The translations under genes and the position numbers were made by a program. This document shows positions 29,519 through 40,593 of a stretch of DNA of 64,000 bases, piece by piece. The DNA lies in contig JAXHMY010000007.1 in NCBI GenBank assembly GCA_034520965.1, forward strand, positions 162,785 through 226,784. Reading direction: 5' to 3'. How positions within the stretch are numbered: the stretch's first letter is position 1; every line of letters starts with the position of its first letter. The notes under the pieces are model-generated. The model did no database searches. It had not been told where the DNA came from and was given only the letters and a program-made list of their open reading frames with translations. This DNA comes from Spirochaetia bacterium (GTDB lineage Bacteria > Spirochaetota > Spirochaetia > DSM-16054 > Sediminispirochaetaceae).

Positions 29519-30133
29519 ATGCGAGAAACTCCATTAAAACTTGTAATAGAAGATGATATCAGTCTTGAGGTAGCACGAAAAATTGTTCTTGGTACAAACA
29601 ACAACTTCTACATCGATCGGGTATTACCGGATACTTCCCGAAAAAAATCTGAACGAGGCTTAGGGTATATAAAGAAAAGGATCCAGGCTTTCAACAATGC
29701 CTCTGCATACAGTAATTTTTTGATAATTACGGATTTAGACCAAAATGAGTGTGCGCCGGTTTTTATTAATGACTTGTTGGGAAATAGTAGAAAGCAGGGC
29801 CTGTTTCTCAGAATTGCGGTGCGTGAGATAGAGAGTTGGATAATTGCTGACCGGAAGAACTTCTCCTCGTATTTTGCTATCTCAAAGGATATTATAGATA
29901 AAAATCCAGAAAGTATTACTGATCCCAAAGAATATCTATTTCAGTTAGCAAAGAGATCTCGTTCAAGAAATATAAGAGAAGGCATACCTCCCTCGGATGC
30001 TACTGCACGATTAGGTCCTGAATATAATGAGATACTTATACGTTTTGTGCATGAGAGGTGGAATTTCAAAGAGGCACTGCAGAACTCAGATAGCCTAAGA
30101 CGATTTGTTATGCAGTTTGATAATAAAAAATAG
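29519..30133 (+). CDS. DUF4276-like TOPRIM-fold partner of the ATPase
   Basis: LVIEDD, ITDLD..CAP, VREIESWIIAD, PESITDPK, SDSLRR. Confidence 0.7.
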   Translation: MRETPLKLVIEDDISLEVARKIVLGTNNNFYIDRVLPDTSRKKSERGLGYIKKRIQAFNNASAYSNFLIITDLDQNECAPVFINDLLGNSRKQGLFLRIAVREIESWIIADRKNFSSYFAISKDIIDKNPESITDPKEYLFQLAKRSRSRNIREGIPPSDATARLGPEYNEILIRFVHERWNFKEALQNSDSLRRFVMQFDNKK

Positions 30134-30142
30134 GAGGTCTTC

Positions 30143-32412
30143 ATGCTCAAACAAGAACTCAAAGATGAACTTCAAAACTGGTACCGGCAAATGCAGAATA
30201 ATAGTGATTTCATACCTAAATCTAAACTGCCGCAATACTATCAGACGTTTCGCGACAAGTTTGGGCCGGAAAAGTTGCAAAGACTTGACGGAGATGAACT
30301 CCTTATCACCATGCACGAGCGTGGCAATCGAGACAGTCTGGTGTACTGGCTTGAGTTCAAAAATGATGATGAGTTTCCGTCAGTCTTCGGTGGCATTCAA
30401 GGAGGAAGTGCACACAAATTCGGAATTTTTAGAAAGAAGGAAACCGGTGAATGGGTTACCGGTAGTTCTAACAATAGCAGAGAAATAAGTGAGAAAGAGG
30501 CCATTGAAATAGCTCGTAGGCAACGGGATCAGCTTGTAAAGGGTGCCGAATTATTGGAAGCCCTCCCGGAAAATGCCGATGATGCAATCTATGAACAGTT
30601 GCAAGAAGATCTAAACAGGGATTCCCCTGATGTGGCCGACAGCGCCTGGGGTCATAAATACTTTAGTTTACTTTTTCCGGATAAGCTAGATGATTACCAT
30701 AGGGAAGACTACCAGAAGTTTCATCTCATCCGGCTCCTGCAGGAACCACCGGAAGGAAGCGGCCGATTCATATGTGCGGGTCGTTTTGTCGCTGCTGCAT
30801 CGGAGATGGGTATACCAATTAATCATCTTACCACTCTTCTCAACAAGCGGAATGGGCGACCCTATAGGTATTGGAGAGTTGAATTAGATTCTTCATCCCA
30901 GGGATGGGAGAGTAGATGGGATCAGATGTATCAAAGTGGCTACATTGCCATTGGGTGGAAGGATCTCGGCGATCTGAGTAGTATCGATCACTCCATAAAG
31001 GGAAAACGACGAATACAGGACCTTCTGCTATCAACATACAATGAGACTTCCGGAACTGTAAAAGAGGATGTCTATAGTTTTATTGCTACTATGGAAGCGA
31101 AAGATGTTGTGCTTGCCCTTGATCAGAATACCGTTGTAGGAATTGGCCGAATTGCAGGTGACTACTATCATGAGCCAAGAGATCATTTTACTCCTCATCG
31201 TCGACCTGTATATTGGTACTCCAACGAAAGATGGCAGCTACCGGTAGGCAGGCAATCAAGCCGGAATGTCCGAAGAATAAAAGTAGAGACGAATCATCTT
31301 GAAATAGAGAAGCGGCTCTTCGCCTCGGGAGAGATAGCTGCGATTCCTCACCGTACGCAAGGCGATAGTGGCGCGCTTTCGCCAATAGATGGTATTCCCA
31401 GTAAAATCAATTCGGTCTTGAAACGAAAGAAACAGGTTATTCTTCATGGCCCTCCGGGTACGGGAAAAACGTACTGGGCCCGCCATACGGCTTCTGCCCT
31501 TGCATCTCGTTCGTGGTTTGGTAAAGATTTCGCAGATTTGAGTGCGGAAGAGAAGGTTTTAATTGATGGACAAGTAGATAAAGGTGGTGCGGTTCGGCTG
31601 TGTACCTTTCATCCGGCCTACGGTTATGAGGATTTTATCGAAGGCTACCGCCCGGAAAAAGCGATGCTGAGCAGATGGTCTTTACCCTCAAAAAGGGGAT
31701 TTTCTGCAGTCTCTGCGAGGACGCGGGAAAAAGTCCTGATAAGAACTTCTACCTGGTGATAGATGAAATAAACCGTGGTGATATCCCTCGCATTTTTGGA
31801 GAACTCATCACCCTGCTTGAAAATGACAAACGGGGTGTTTCCCATCAGCTCCCCTTATCGAAGGAGGCCTTTGCGGTACCTGAGAATGTGTATCTCATCG
31901 GTACAATGAACACCGCCGACCGATCTATAGCCCTCCTTGATACCGCTCTCAGACGACGTTTCGGTTTTATTGAGCTCATGCCGGATTATGGGGTCCTTGA
32001 GGATGTGGTACTGGCTGATTCTATTCCCATTGCGGGGTGGTTGGAAAAACTGAACGAGCGTATCCTCGAACACATCGGTAAAGATGCGAGGAATCTGCAA
32101 ATCGGACACGCATACCTCATGGAGCGTGGTCGGCCGGTAAGCGAAATGGAGCGATTCACAAGAATAATAGAGGAGGACATCGTCCCCCTCCTGCAGGAAT
32201 ACTGCTATGAGGATTATCCGACGTTGGCAGCGGTATTGGGGGAAGGATTAGTTGATACACAGCGACAAAGAATTCGCTACGAGTTGTTCGAACCGGACCA
32301 GCGAGATAGTTTCATTCAGAACATCCTGGCTCCTTCACCGGAGATTACGACAAGTCCTCAGATTGTAGAGCAAGAAGAGTATGATGAAGAGAATGGTGAT
32401 GAGGAGGAATGA
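30143..32412 (+). CDS. mcrB: McrB-family GTPase (one-base frameshift in the A-run near 31656)
   Basis: GPPGTGKT, TFHPAYGYEDFIEG, IDEINRG, GTMNTADRSI, ALRRRF; central PUA/EVE-like segment (YIAIGW...GIGRIAGDY...HRRPVYW). Confidence 0.9.
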
Positions 32413-33716
32413 ACACGATACCTATTGAGCTTGAAGAGTGGCAAACCCTATCCCCCCTCGATTGCGAGTCTCTTTCGAATGTGAATCTGGAAGGTCATTC
32501 TTCAGCCCGAAGGATCGCAGCGGAACTTACAAGCAGCGGACGGTTCGAACTACAGGAGCTTCTCCAAGGGATCAAGCTGAGAACCAGTTCGTATGTCGGA
32601 AGGCTCATTCTTGGGCCCCTTAGTATTACCATACGGCCAAAACTCAGAGGGGCGCCGCTGCTGACACTGCTTCGATATGCGTACGCTTTGCGCAACTTCT
32701 CACTGTACGATCTTGTGCACTACGCGAAAACGGATTTTGCATTTCAGGATCTGCTTATATATCAATTTTCCCAAGAGATGGAAGAACTGCTGCGGCGTGG
32801 TATCCACAGAGAGTATGAACGTCGAGCCGATCTGCTTTCAAGCCCCCGCGGCCGCATCGATATGAATAGCTACGCTCGCTCTGCTCAGCACACAAGGACT
32901 CGTCTTCCGGTTCTCCATTATCCGCGGCTGTCGGATACGTTGATAAACAGGGTGTTGCGTGCAGGGATTTCCTTGTCAACTTCACTTACCGACGAGATGG
33001 AGCTCAAGGCGAGACTGCGCGGTCTGGATCGAATACTCTCGATGGAGGTTCGGCCGATCCAGCTGAATACGGATGTGCTATTGCGGGCAGAGCGGCAGTT
33101 GGATAGGCGTACGTCTGCATATCTTCCTTCGTTTCGTATTATAAAAATGCTGTTTGATGGATCCGGAATCGATTTTGACGAGGTACATGCCGGTGTGAGA
33201 CTGCCGGGTATGCTCTTCGATATGAATCGCTTTTTCCAAATGCTAATTTCCCGATTTTTTCATGAGCATCTGGAAGGATACGTTGTGGAGGATGAATACC
33301 GGCTGAAGAATCTTTTTTCCTATGATCCGGACTACAATCCAAAAGGAAAGAAACTTCCGAAACTGCGGCCTGATTTTATTATAAAAAAAGATGGCGCGAT
33401 TGTCGCGATTTTAGATGCGAAGTATCGTGATTTATGGGAGAAGGATTTTCCATCGTATATGTTATACCAGCTCTCTTTGTATGCACTGAGCCGGAATGAA
33501 TGTGACCGGGCTGTGATTCTTTATCCGACTCTCAGCGAGTTCGCCACCGAGCAGCACATAGCCATACACGAGCCGCTGTACGGTACAGGAAGAGCCAAGG
33601 TAATCCTGCGGCCGGTAAAACTACTGTATTTAGAAAACCTGCTGCGGGATGAGCATACTGCAGATAATTGGAGAAGAAGGGTAGAGTTTGCAAAATGGAT
33701 GGTGTTTGGTGATTGA
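32409..33716 (+). CDS. mcrC: McrC-family endonuclease
   Basis: YVG...IRPK, RGRID, FDMNRFFQ, LRPDF...LDAKYR, YQLSLYA; ATGA overlap with mcrB. Confidence 0.92.
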   Translation: MNTIPIELEEWQTLSPLDCESLSNVNLEGHSSARRIAAELTSSGRFELQELLQGIKLRTSSYVGRLILGPLSITIRPKLRGAPLLTLLRYAYALRNFSLYDLVHYAKTDFAFQDLLIYQFSQEMEELLRRGIHREYERRADLLSSPRGRIDMNSYARSAQHTRTRLPVLHYPRLSDTLINRVLRAGISLSTSLTDEMELKARLRGLDRILSMEVRPIQLNTDVLLRAERQLDRRTSAYLPSFRIIKMLFDGSGIDFDEVHAGVRLPGMLFDMNRFFQMLISRFFHEHLEGYVVEDEYRLKNLFSYDPDYNPKGKKLPKLRPDFIIKKDGAIVAILDAKYRDLWEKDFPSYMLYQLSLYALSRNECDRAVILYPTLSEFATEQHIAIHEPLYGTGRAKVILRPVKLLYLENLLRDEHTADNWRRRVEFAKWMVFGD

Positions 33717-33751
33717 TGGAAAGTCACAAACAGATAATGGGGAGGTAGAAA

Positions 33752-34885
33752 TTGTTGTATGAAAAAGATCTTGAAGAAAAAATAACAGAATTGATCTCAT
33801 TAGGACGTGAAGGTGACTATTGGGACTTCAAAAAGTTACCCCATTCTAATCCAAGTGACCTCCTCCATGATATTATCTGCCTTGCTAATTCACTTTCAAG
33901 AAATTCAAAACACATTATTATTGGAGTTTCAGATCCAGAAGAAGGATGTGTAGTAGAAGGTTTATTTCCTGATACAGAGCACAGGAAAAAACAGCATCAC
34001 TATAATGATTTTCTGCGTGACAAGAAATTTGCAGGTGATATTAGACCATCAATAACATTGCATACATTAGAGATTGAAAATAAAGAAATCGATGTGCTTG
34101 TTATTGATGATACTTGTTTCAAACCGTATTACTTAATACAGGATACCGATGGGATAAAAGCATTTCATATCTATACACGATTTGGAGATACAAATACTCC
34201 TAAGAACTCATCGGCTGACCTCTATTATGCTGAGAAGTTATGGCAACAAAGATTTGGACTTGATTTGCCGCCCATTGATCGTTTTGAAATGTTACTCGGT
34301 CAAGAAAATATGTGGAATATAGATGTTGGAAATAGAGAATATAGTCACCATAAGCATTCCCCAGAGTATCAAATTCGGTTTTGCAAGACTCACGAGGGAA
34401 GGGAACCCTATTCTCATTATTTCCCAAATCCTAAGAGTTTTTTTGGAAAATTACAATTGATGTATTTTTCGACCGTATTGTACGAAACAGGGTATTGTGG
34501 TTTAGATGAGTTTCGCATACCTAATGTTACTCCACATATTGAAAATTTAGAAATCGAAGGAACGGATTGGTTTTATTATTACTTTGAAATGGATTCTATT
34601 GAATGGAAAATAAATAAATTATTGGGTTTATTTTGGATGAGTTATTTGAATCCTGATTATTGGCCTTTTGTTGTATTTCATGACAGTATTGAAAGAGAAC
34701 GATTTAACCAATATTTGATAGATACTGGAAATGATTTTCTTAAACTATCACCAGATGAGCATGATCTTAGGATTGCAAAACAAATAGACGAAGATGGAGA
34801 AGGGGGAGATGTAGGACCAGAATATATTGGCAAAACTGTTCGTGCATTTAGAGAATGGAGATCAATAGATGATATATGGAAATAA
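33752..34885 (+). CDS. Schlafen/AlbA_2 domain protein with unknown C-terminus
   Basis: EGDYWDFK, LLHDIICLANS, IIIGVSD, KPYYL, IYTRFGDTNTP. Confidence 0.85.
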   Translation: MLYEKDLEEKITELISLGREGDYWDFKKLPHSNPSDLLHDIICLANSLSRNSKHIIIGVSDPEEGCVVEGLFPDTEHRKKQHHYNDFLRDKKFAGDIRPSITLHTLEIENKEIDVLVIDDTCFKPYYLIQDTDGIKAFHIYTRFGDTNTPKNSSADLYYAEKLWQQRFGLDLPPIDRFEMLLGQENMWNIDVGNREYSHHKHSPEYQIRFCKTHEGREPYSHYFPNPKSFFGKLQLMYFSTVLYETGYCGLDEFRIPNVTPHIENLEIEGTDWFYYYFEMDSIEWKINKLLGLFWMSYLNPDYWPFVVFHDSIERERFNQYLIDTGNDFLKLSPDEHDLRIAKQIDEDGEGGDVGPEYIGKTVRAFREWRSIDDIWK

Positions 34886-35888
34886 AAAGGAAACGTTTTA
34901 TGATTGGTAAAAACCCTGTTCAAAACTTTTATAGGGCATCAGCAAAAGATTTTAAGAAAATACCGGGGAGTCCAGTTGCGTATTGGGCTAGTGGAAAAGT
35001 AATAAAGTGTTTTAGTGAAAATATATTATTGAAAAAGATTGGTTTCCCAAAACAAGGAATGACTACATCAGATAATGAAAGATTTTTAAGACAATGGTTT
35101 GAAGTATCTATTGATTCAATTGGATTTAATAAAGCGAATTTATTTGAAGCAAAAGAATCTTTGGTAAAATGGTTTCCTTATAATAAAGGTGGAGATTATC
35201 GTAAATGGTATGGGAATCAAAGTTTTATATTAAATTATTGGAATGACGGTTATGAGATAAAGAAATTTCATGAAGAACTTAATAAAACAAATCAGGGAGG
35301 TAGGCTAAAGAATCAAAGCTTATATTTTAAAGAATCTATTAGTTGGTCTTTTATAAGCTCGGCCTATTTTGGTGTAAGATATTATCAAAAAGGATTTATC
35401 TTTGATGTAGCAGGTTCTTCACTATTTCCGAATAAAGAAAACTTTTATAGAGTATTAGGATTATTGTGTTCAAAAATTGGACCGTATTTACTAAAAGTGT
35501 TAAATCCAACACTTAATTTTCAAGCACAAAATATTTCTGCTTTACCTTATAAAATACCGGGAAAATTAGTTATTGACAAAATAGAACAGCAACTAATTTT
35601 GTATGCAAAGAATGACTGGAACTCCTACGAAACCTCCTGGGACTTCACTAAATTACCTTTATTAGAGAAAGACTTTAAAACTGAAAATATTTTTACCTCT
35701 TATCAAAACCTCCGCGTTCACTGGCAAGCGATGACCTCCGAGATGAAGCGTCTTGAGGAGGAGAACAATCGCATCTTCATTGAGGCGTATGGACTGGAGG
35801 ATGGTAAGCGCTTCACAAACCCCGTCTGGTTAGGAAAGGAAAAATAGCAGAAACTCCAAATAAGAACAGAAAAAAGGAGTGACTGCCT

Positions 35889-36212
35889 ATGAAAATTACC
35901 AAAGAAGAGAAGAAGCTGCACATCGAACTATGGAAAGAAAGTGGCCTGACCAAGACCGAGTATGCACAGCAAATCGGAATAAAACGGAATATCTTCTACA
36001 GTTGGTTTAATCAGCTGCAAAATAAAAAGAGAACCGCCGATCAGGGCTTTGTCTCTGTCAGCTTAACAGCAGCACAGTGTGCTCACACAAGCAGCAGTAA
36101 AGAAGCGGCCAGCATTAAAATCGAACTACCTAATGACTATCGCATCGAAGTGTACCCGGATTTTAGTCCAGATACCCTACGGGCTGTAGTCTCTGCATTG
36201 GAGCACCTCTAA
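35889..36212 (+). CDS. tnpA: IS66 accessory protein TnpA
   Basis: WKESGLTKTEYAQQIGI...FYSW HTH; first ORF of the element. Confidence 0.88.
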   Translation: MKITKEEKKLHIELWKESGLTKTEYAQQIGIKRNIFYSWFNQLQNKKRTADQGFVSVSLTAAQCAHTSSSKEAASIKIELPNDYRIEVYPDFSPDTLRAVVSALEHL

Positions 36213-36559
36213 TGTTTCTCGATCTGTCAAAGGTCCAGCTGTTTGTAAAAGCTGGACCGACCGATATGCGAAAGCAATCAGCCGGACTGGCGGCAGTGGT
36301 GCAGGAAGAAATGGAGCTTGATCCTTTTCAAAAAGCACTGTTCATCTTCTGCAATCGTAAACGCACCCTTATGAAGGCAATCTACTGGGATCGCAACGGC
36401 TTTTGTCTATGGCAAAAACGCCTTGAACAAGATACTTTCCCCTGGCCTACGGAGGCAGATGAAGTACATCAGATTAGTGCTCGACAGTGGCGGCTGCTGC
36501 TCGACGGGCTGAATATTTGGAAAGCCCACCGTGAACTTGAGTACACAAAAGTGACTTAG
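36212..36559 (+). CDS. tnpB: IS66 accessory protein TnpB
   Basis: TDMRK..GL, FIFCNRKR, YWDRNGFCLWQKRLE..FPWP. Confidence 0.95.
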   Translation: MFLDLSKVQLFVKAGPTDMRKQSAGLAAVVQEEMELDPFQKALFIFCNRKRTLMKAIYWDRNGFCLWQKRLEQDTFPWPTEADEVHQISARQWRLLLDGLNIWKAHRELEYTKVT

Positions 36560-36599
36560 GGTCTAGAACAAAAATAAGTGATCTGATACAATTCGGCTT

Positions 36600-38152
36600 G
36601 TGAGTATAGAAGCGAGACCGGAGCAACTACCGGAAGACATAAGCGAATTACAGCAGATGGTACGTGATCTGCAGGGTGAAAACCTCAAGCAAAAACTGGC
36701 CTACGAGCAGCTGGAAGAGAAGTATCAGATTGTCCTGAACAGATTTTTTGCTAAATCAACAGAAAAACTAAATACCGTCGAGCAAAAACAAGCACTGCTT
36801 TTCAATGAAGCCGAATGTCTCTCAGAGGCCCCGCAAGAGGAGAGCGAAGAGAGACCGGTGGCCGCTCACACGAGGGTAAAGAAAAAGGGCCATGGGGGCA
36901 GAGAGCCTTTGCCTGAGCATCTACCCCGTGAGACTACCGAAATTGATCTGCCCGAAGAGCAAAGGGTCTGTAACTGTGGAGCGCCTCTTCAGCGTATTGG
37001 AGAAGAGATCAGCGAAAAGCTGGAGATTCGCCCACCGCAGTTTGTGGTCAAACGTACGGTTCGCCACACCTATGCATGTAGTACAGGCGGAGATGAGAGT
37101 GCAGATGCGCACACCATACTCACTGCAGCCGCTGCCCCGCAGCTGATTGAAAAGGGGATAGCCACAGAATCCCTGGTAGCCTACATTGCGACGGCAAAGT
37201 ACTGCGATGGGCTGCCCTTGTACCGGCAGGAGAAAATGTTTGAGCGGCTGAACATCCATATTCCCAGAGAGACGATGGGAAGGTGGATCATGAAAGCCAG
37301 CAAAAAACTTGAGCCGCTGATCGAGCTGTTCGATGATGAGATTCGCGCCGGGCCTGTAATCAATATGGATGAAACCCGGGTGCAGGTCCACCGGGAGCAA
37401 AACAAAGAGAACAGCAGTAACTCCTACATGTGGGTAGCAGTTGGGGGAATGCCAAAGAAGCCAATCGTACGCTATCTCTATGCCCCATCGCGAGGCAAAC
37501 ACGTGCCCGAAGTGTATCTGCATTCTTTCCGCGGTTATCTTCAAACCGATGGGTATGAAGGATACAGTCACATCGGAGGCTTCGGCGATATTACGCATGT
37601 AGCCTGTCTGGCCCATATCCGTCGTAAGTTTGTTGACGCGGCAAAGGTGAAAAAGAAAACCGGAGCGGCCCATGAGGCAGTGAGCAAGATTGCAAAGATC
37701 TACCAAAGAAAAAGAACTGCGGGAGAAGAACCTCCCTGCAACCGAATTCTGCAGCCCGGCGGGCGGCGATTGAACCTTTACTTGAAGATTTTTCTATCTG
37801 GCTCAGCAGGAAAAGCAATGTTGCCCCTCATCTCAGTCTAGGAAAAGCTGTTGCATATGCCAGAGGCCAGTGGGATAAACTCAGCCATTTTCTCGATCAT
37901 GAAGCTCTGACTCCGGACAACAATGTGAGTGAACGTGCAATTCGGCCTTTCGTAATCGGACGAAAAAACTGGCAGTTTTGTGACAGTCCACGAGGAGCCT
38001 ATGCAAGTGCAAACTTCTATTCTCTCATTGAAACGGCCAAACTAAACGGATTGGATCCCTATGGATACCTTAGATATGTGCTTTCAGGATGTATTTCCGC
38101 AGAAACAGATGGCGACTGGAGAAAACTTCTGCCACAGAACTTCCCAGGTTAG
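36600..38152 (+). CDS. tnpC: IS66 DDE transposase TnpC (frameshifted near 37700-37850)
   Basis: GREPLPEHLPR, KYCDGLPLYRQ, MDETRVQV, LQTDGYEGY, CLAHIRRKF, DNNVSERAIRP, SLIETAKLNGLDP. Confidence 0.93.
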
Positions 38153-39020
38153 TTTTTTAACCCTGTGTTTGTGAAGCGCTTACGGAGGATGAGCCACCTG
38201 GCAGGTTCCTTGGGAAGAGATTACCCTCACCTGTAATCCCTACTACCGTTACGGTAGAAACAAGAGCAAGGAGGAGCTGGAGAAACTTCTTCTTGCCGAC
38301 ACGATGCGTGAATATGTATCCTACGCTGTCGGTTGCATATTCGGTCGCTACTCTATAGACAAGGACGGCCTTGTACTGGCTAATGCCGGTGATGATATAG
38401 AGGAGTATTACCGCCAGATACCGAAGCCGACATTTGTTCCCGATGAAAGTGGTATTCTGCCGGTCACCGCAGATGAAGACTATACGGACGATCTTCCCTC
38501 ACAGTTTCGAAGCTTCCTTCGAACCACCTTTGGTGATCAGCACTACCGTGAGAACATCTCTTTCATAGAGGATGCGGTCGGAAAGGACATCCGGGGTTAT
38601 TTCCTCAAGAACTTCTACGGCGACCATGTAAAGCGCTACAAAAAGCGCCCCATCTACTGGATGATCTCTTCCCCGAACGGCAGCTTCAAAGCACTTATCT
38701 ATCTGCACCGTTACCATAAGGACACCATCAACCGTTTTCTCAACGACTACCTGCGTCCATACAAACAGAAATTACAGGCAAAAATAGAGAACAACGCCCA
38801 TATTATCGACTCAGGATCTTACGGAACCCCCGAGAAGAATCGAGCACAAAAACAGATAACCGAATACGAAAAACAGCTCAAGGAGCTCTCAGCCTGGGAG
38901 AAGGATGTAGTCTATCCCCTCGCATCGCAGCGGATCGAACTGGACCTCGACGACGGAGTAAAGGTGAACTACGCCAAACTCGGTGCTATACTGGAGAAGG
39001 TAAAAGGACTGAATGCATAG

Positions 39021-40464
39021 ATGAAGAGTAAAATCGATACGCTGTTACAGAAGGAAGAAGGCAAGCAACTAGAGTTTAAGCGGGACCTCTCCTCCTCGAA
39101 AAACCTGATCAAGACTATCGTAGCGTTTGCCAACAGCTCCGGCAGAACCGTGGTCATCGGAGTCGAGGACGGGACAAAAGAATTGGTGGGTATAGAGAAT
39201 ATCCTCGACGAAGAGGAGAGGCTGGGCAGCATCATTGCCGACTCCATCTCCCCTCGCATCGTACCGAATATCGAAATCGTCAGCATAGAAGAGAAGTGCC
39301 TGTTGCTCGTGGAAGTGTACCTCAGCGGTTCCCGACCACATTGGATTACCGCAGATGGGGAGGATGAGGGCGTATATGTGCGCTTGGGCTCATCCAACAG
39401 AAAAGCCGATCGGCAGCTCATAGAGGAAATACGGCGGACGGTGCAGGGAACCGCATACGATGAGCTTCCTGTGGCCGATGGCACAATAGATGACCTCGAT
39501 ATATTGGCAATGAGGGACGTCTTCGGCAGCGCGGACAATCTACCGGACACGCAGCTCGAAACCCTCAAGCTCATGAGACCGTATCAGGGCCGCAACGTTC
39601 CTAGTATCTGGAGCGATCCTTCTCTTCGGCAAGACCCGAAGGCAGCTCTTCTCCGATGCCTGGATACAATGTGGCCGGTTCATCGGTATCAACAAGGCAA
39701 AAATATTCGATCATATCGATATATATGACCACCTCCCCCAGGCAGTAGACAGTATCATGCTCTTTTTGAAGAAACACGCCATGCGGGGAGCTGACTTTTC
39801 CGAGCTGCGTAGAAAAGACGTATGGAGCATTCCGATTACCATACTACGCGAGGTGCTCATAAACGCCCTCGTACACTCTGACTACTCTCAACGCGGCGCG
39901 CCCATACGGGTAGCCTTCTTCGACGATCGTATAGAAGTCGAGAACCCCGGCATACTCCTACCCGGTTTTACCATAGAAGATATGAAGCAAGGAGTTTCGA
40001 AAATCAGAAATCCCGTCATCGCCCGTGTTTTTCGAGAAATAAACCTCATCGAGCAGTGGGGCAGCGGCGTTCCGCGCATATTCAGTGAAGCGGAGGAACT
40101 TGGATTGCCGGAGCCGGAAATTATCGAAATCGGTATGCGCCTGCGCTTTGTGGTATGGCTGTCTGAAGCAATTACCCCGGCAGAGCACCCCGCAAGCGAT
40201 AAAGTAACCCCCCAAGTAACCCCCCAAGTAACCCCCCAAGTAAAAAAGCTATTGAATAGCTTGAACACTGAGATGACTACATCTGAGATACTTGAAAAGC
40301 TAAACCTTAGTGATAGAAAAAACCTTAGAACCACCTACCTTGAGCCTGCCTTGGAGAATGGCTTGATCGAACGTACGCATCCTGACTCACCGAGAAGCCC
40401 GACACAAAGTTATCGATTAACTGATTACGGAAGGAAAGTTGTAGAATCCATAAAAGAAAATTGA
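39021..40464 (+). CDS. AlbA_2 + HATPase_c_4 + HTH protein (frameshift near 39609)
   Basis: EGKQLEFK, IVAFANSSG, IGVED; LREVLINALVHSDY, IEVENPG, RNPVIA, EQWGSG; VTPQ repeats; PRSPTQSYRLT. Confidence 0.88.
40202..40243 (+). repeat. 12-bp tandem repeat (aagtaacccccc x3) encoding VTPQ
   Basis: Seen directly in the sequence. Confidence 0.9.
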
Positions 40465-40593
40465 GAGCACAAGGAAAATACCGACCCGGGCCGTCGATCC
40501 AGTAGTTATGAGAAGTGTATATATTGGATTGAAAGTACGATTTATTATAAATATTGATACTTTAAGTATAAAAAGTTTGCAACCGAGGTAAAA

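Larger units (their letters stand above)
35804..38183 (+). mobile_element. IS66 family insertion sequence (2380 bp)
   Basis: 17-bp perfect TIR GTAAGCGCTTCACAAAC; 8-bp TSD GGAGGATG at 35796-35803 and 38184-38191; tnpA-tnpB-tnpC. Confidence 0.97.
34900..39020 (+). pseudogene. pglX: PglX C-terminal half (target recognition region + C-terminus), interrupted by IS66
   Basis: FYRASAKDFKKIPGSPVAYW, KWFPYNKGG, DWNSYETSWDF, IEAYGLED | IS66 | VPWEEITLTCNPYYRYG, SYAVGCIFGRYS, YKKRPIYW, LDLDDGVKVNY; reconstructs to about 577 aa with one base missing just after the right TSD. Confidence 0.92.

Noticed and set aside
27060..34930. pglX insert as an excisable element or intron (in-frame TTCA microhomology at both ends)
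   Set aside because: A 4-nt match is expected by chance; no recombinase, att sites or intron features; the C-half has its own RBS
37700..37925. Programmed frameshifting in IS66 tnpC
   Set aside because: Breaks lie late in the catalytic region, more than one indel appears to be needed, and they match the window-wide indel pattern
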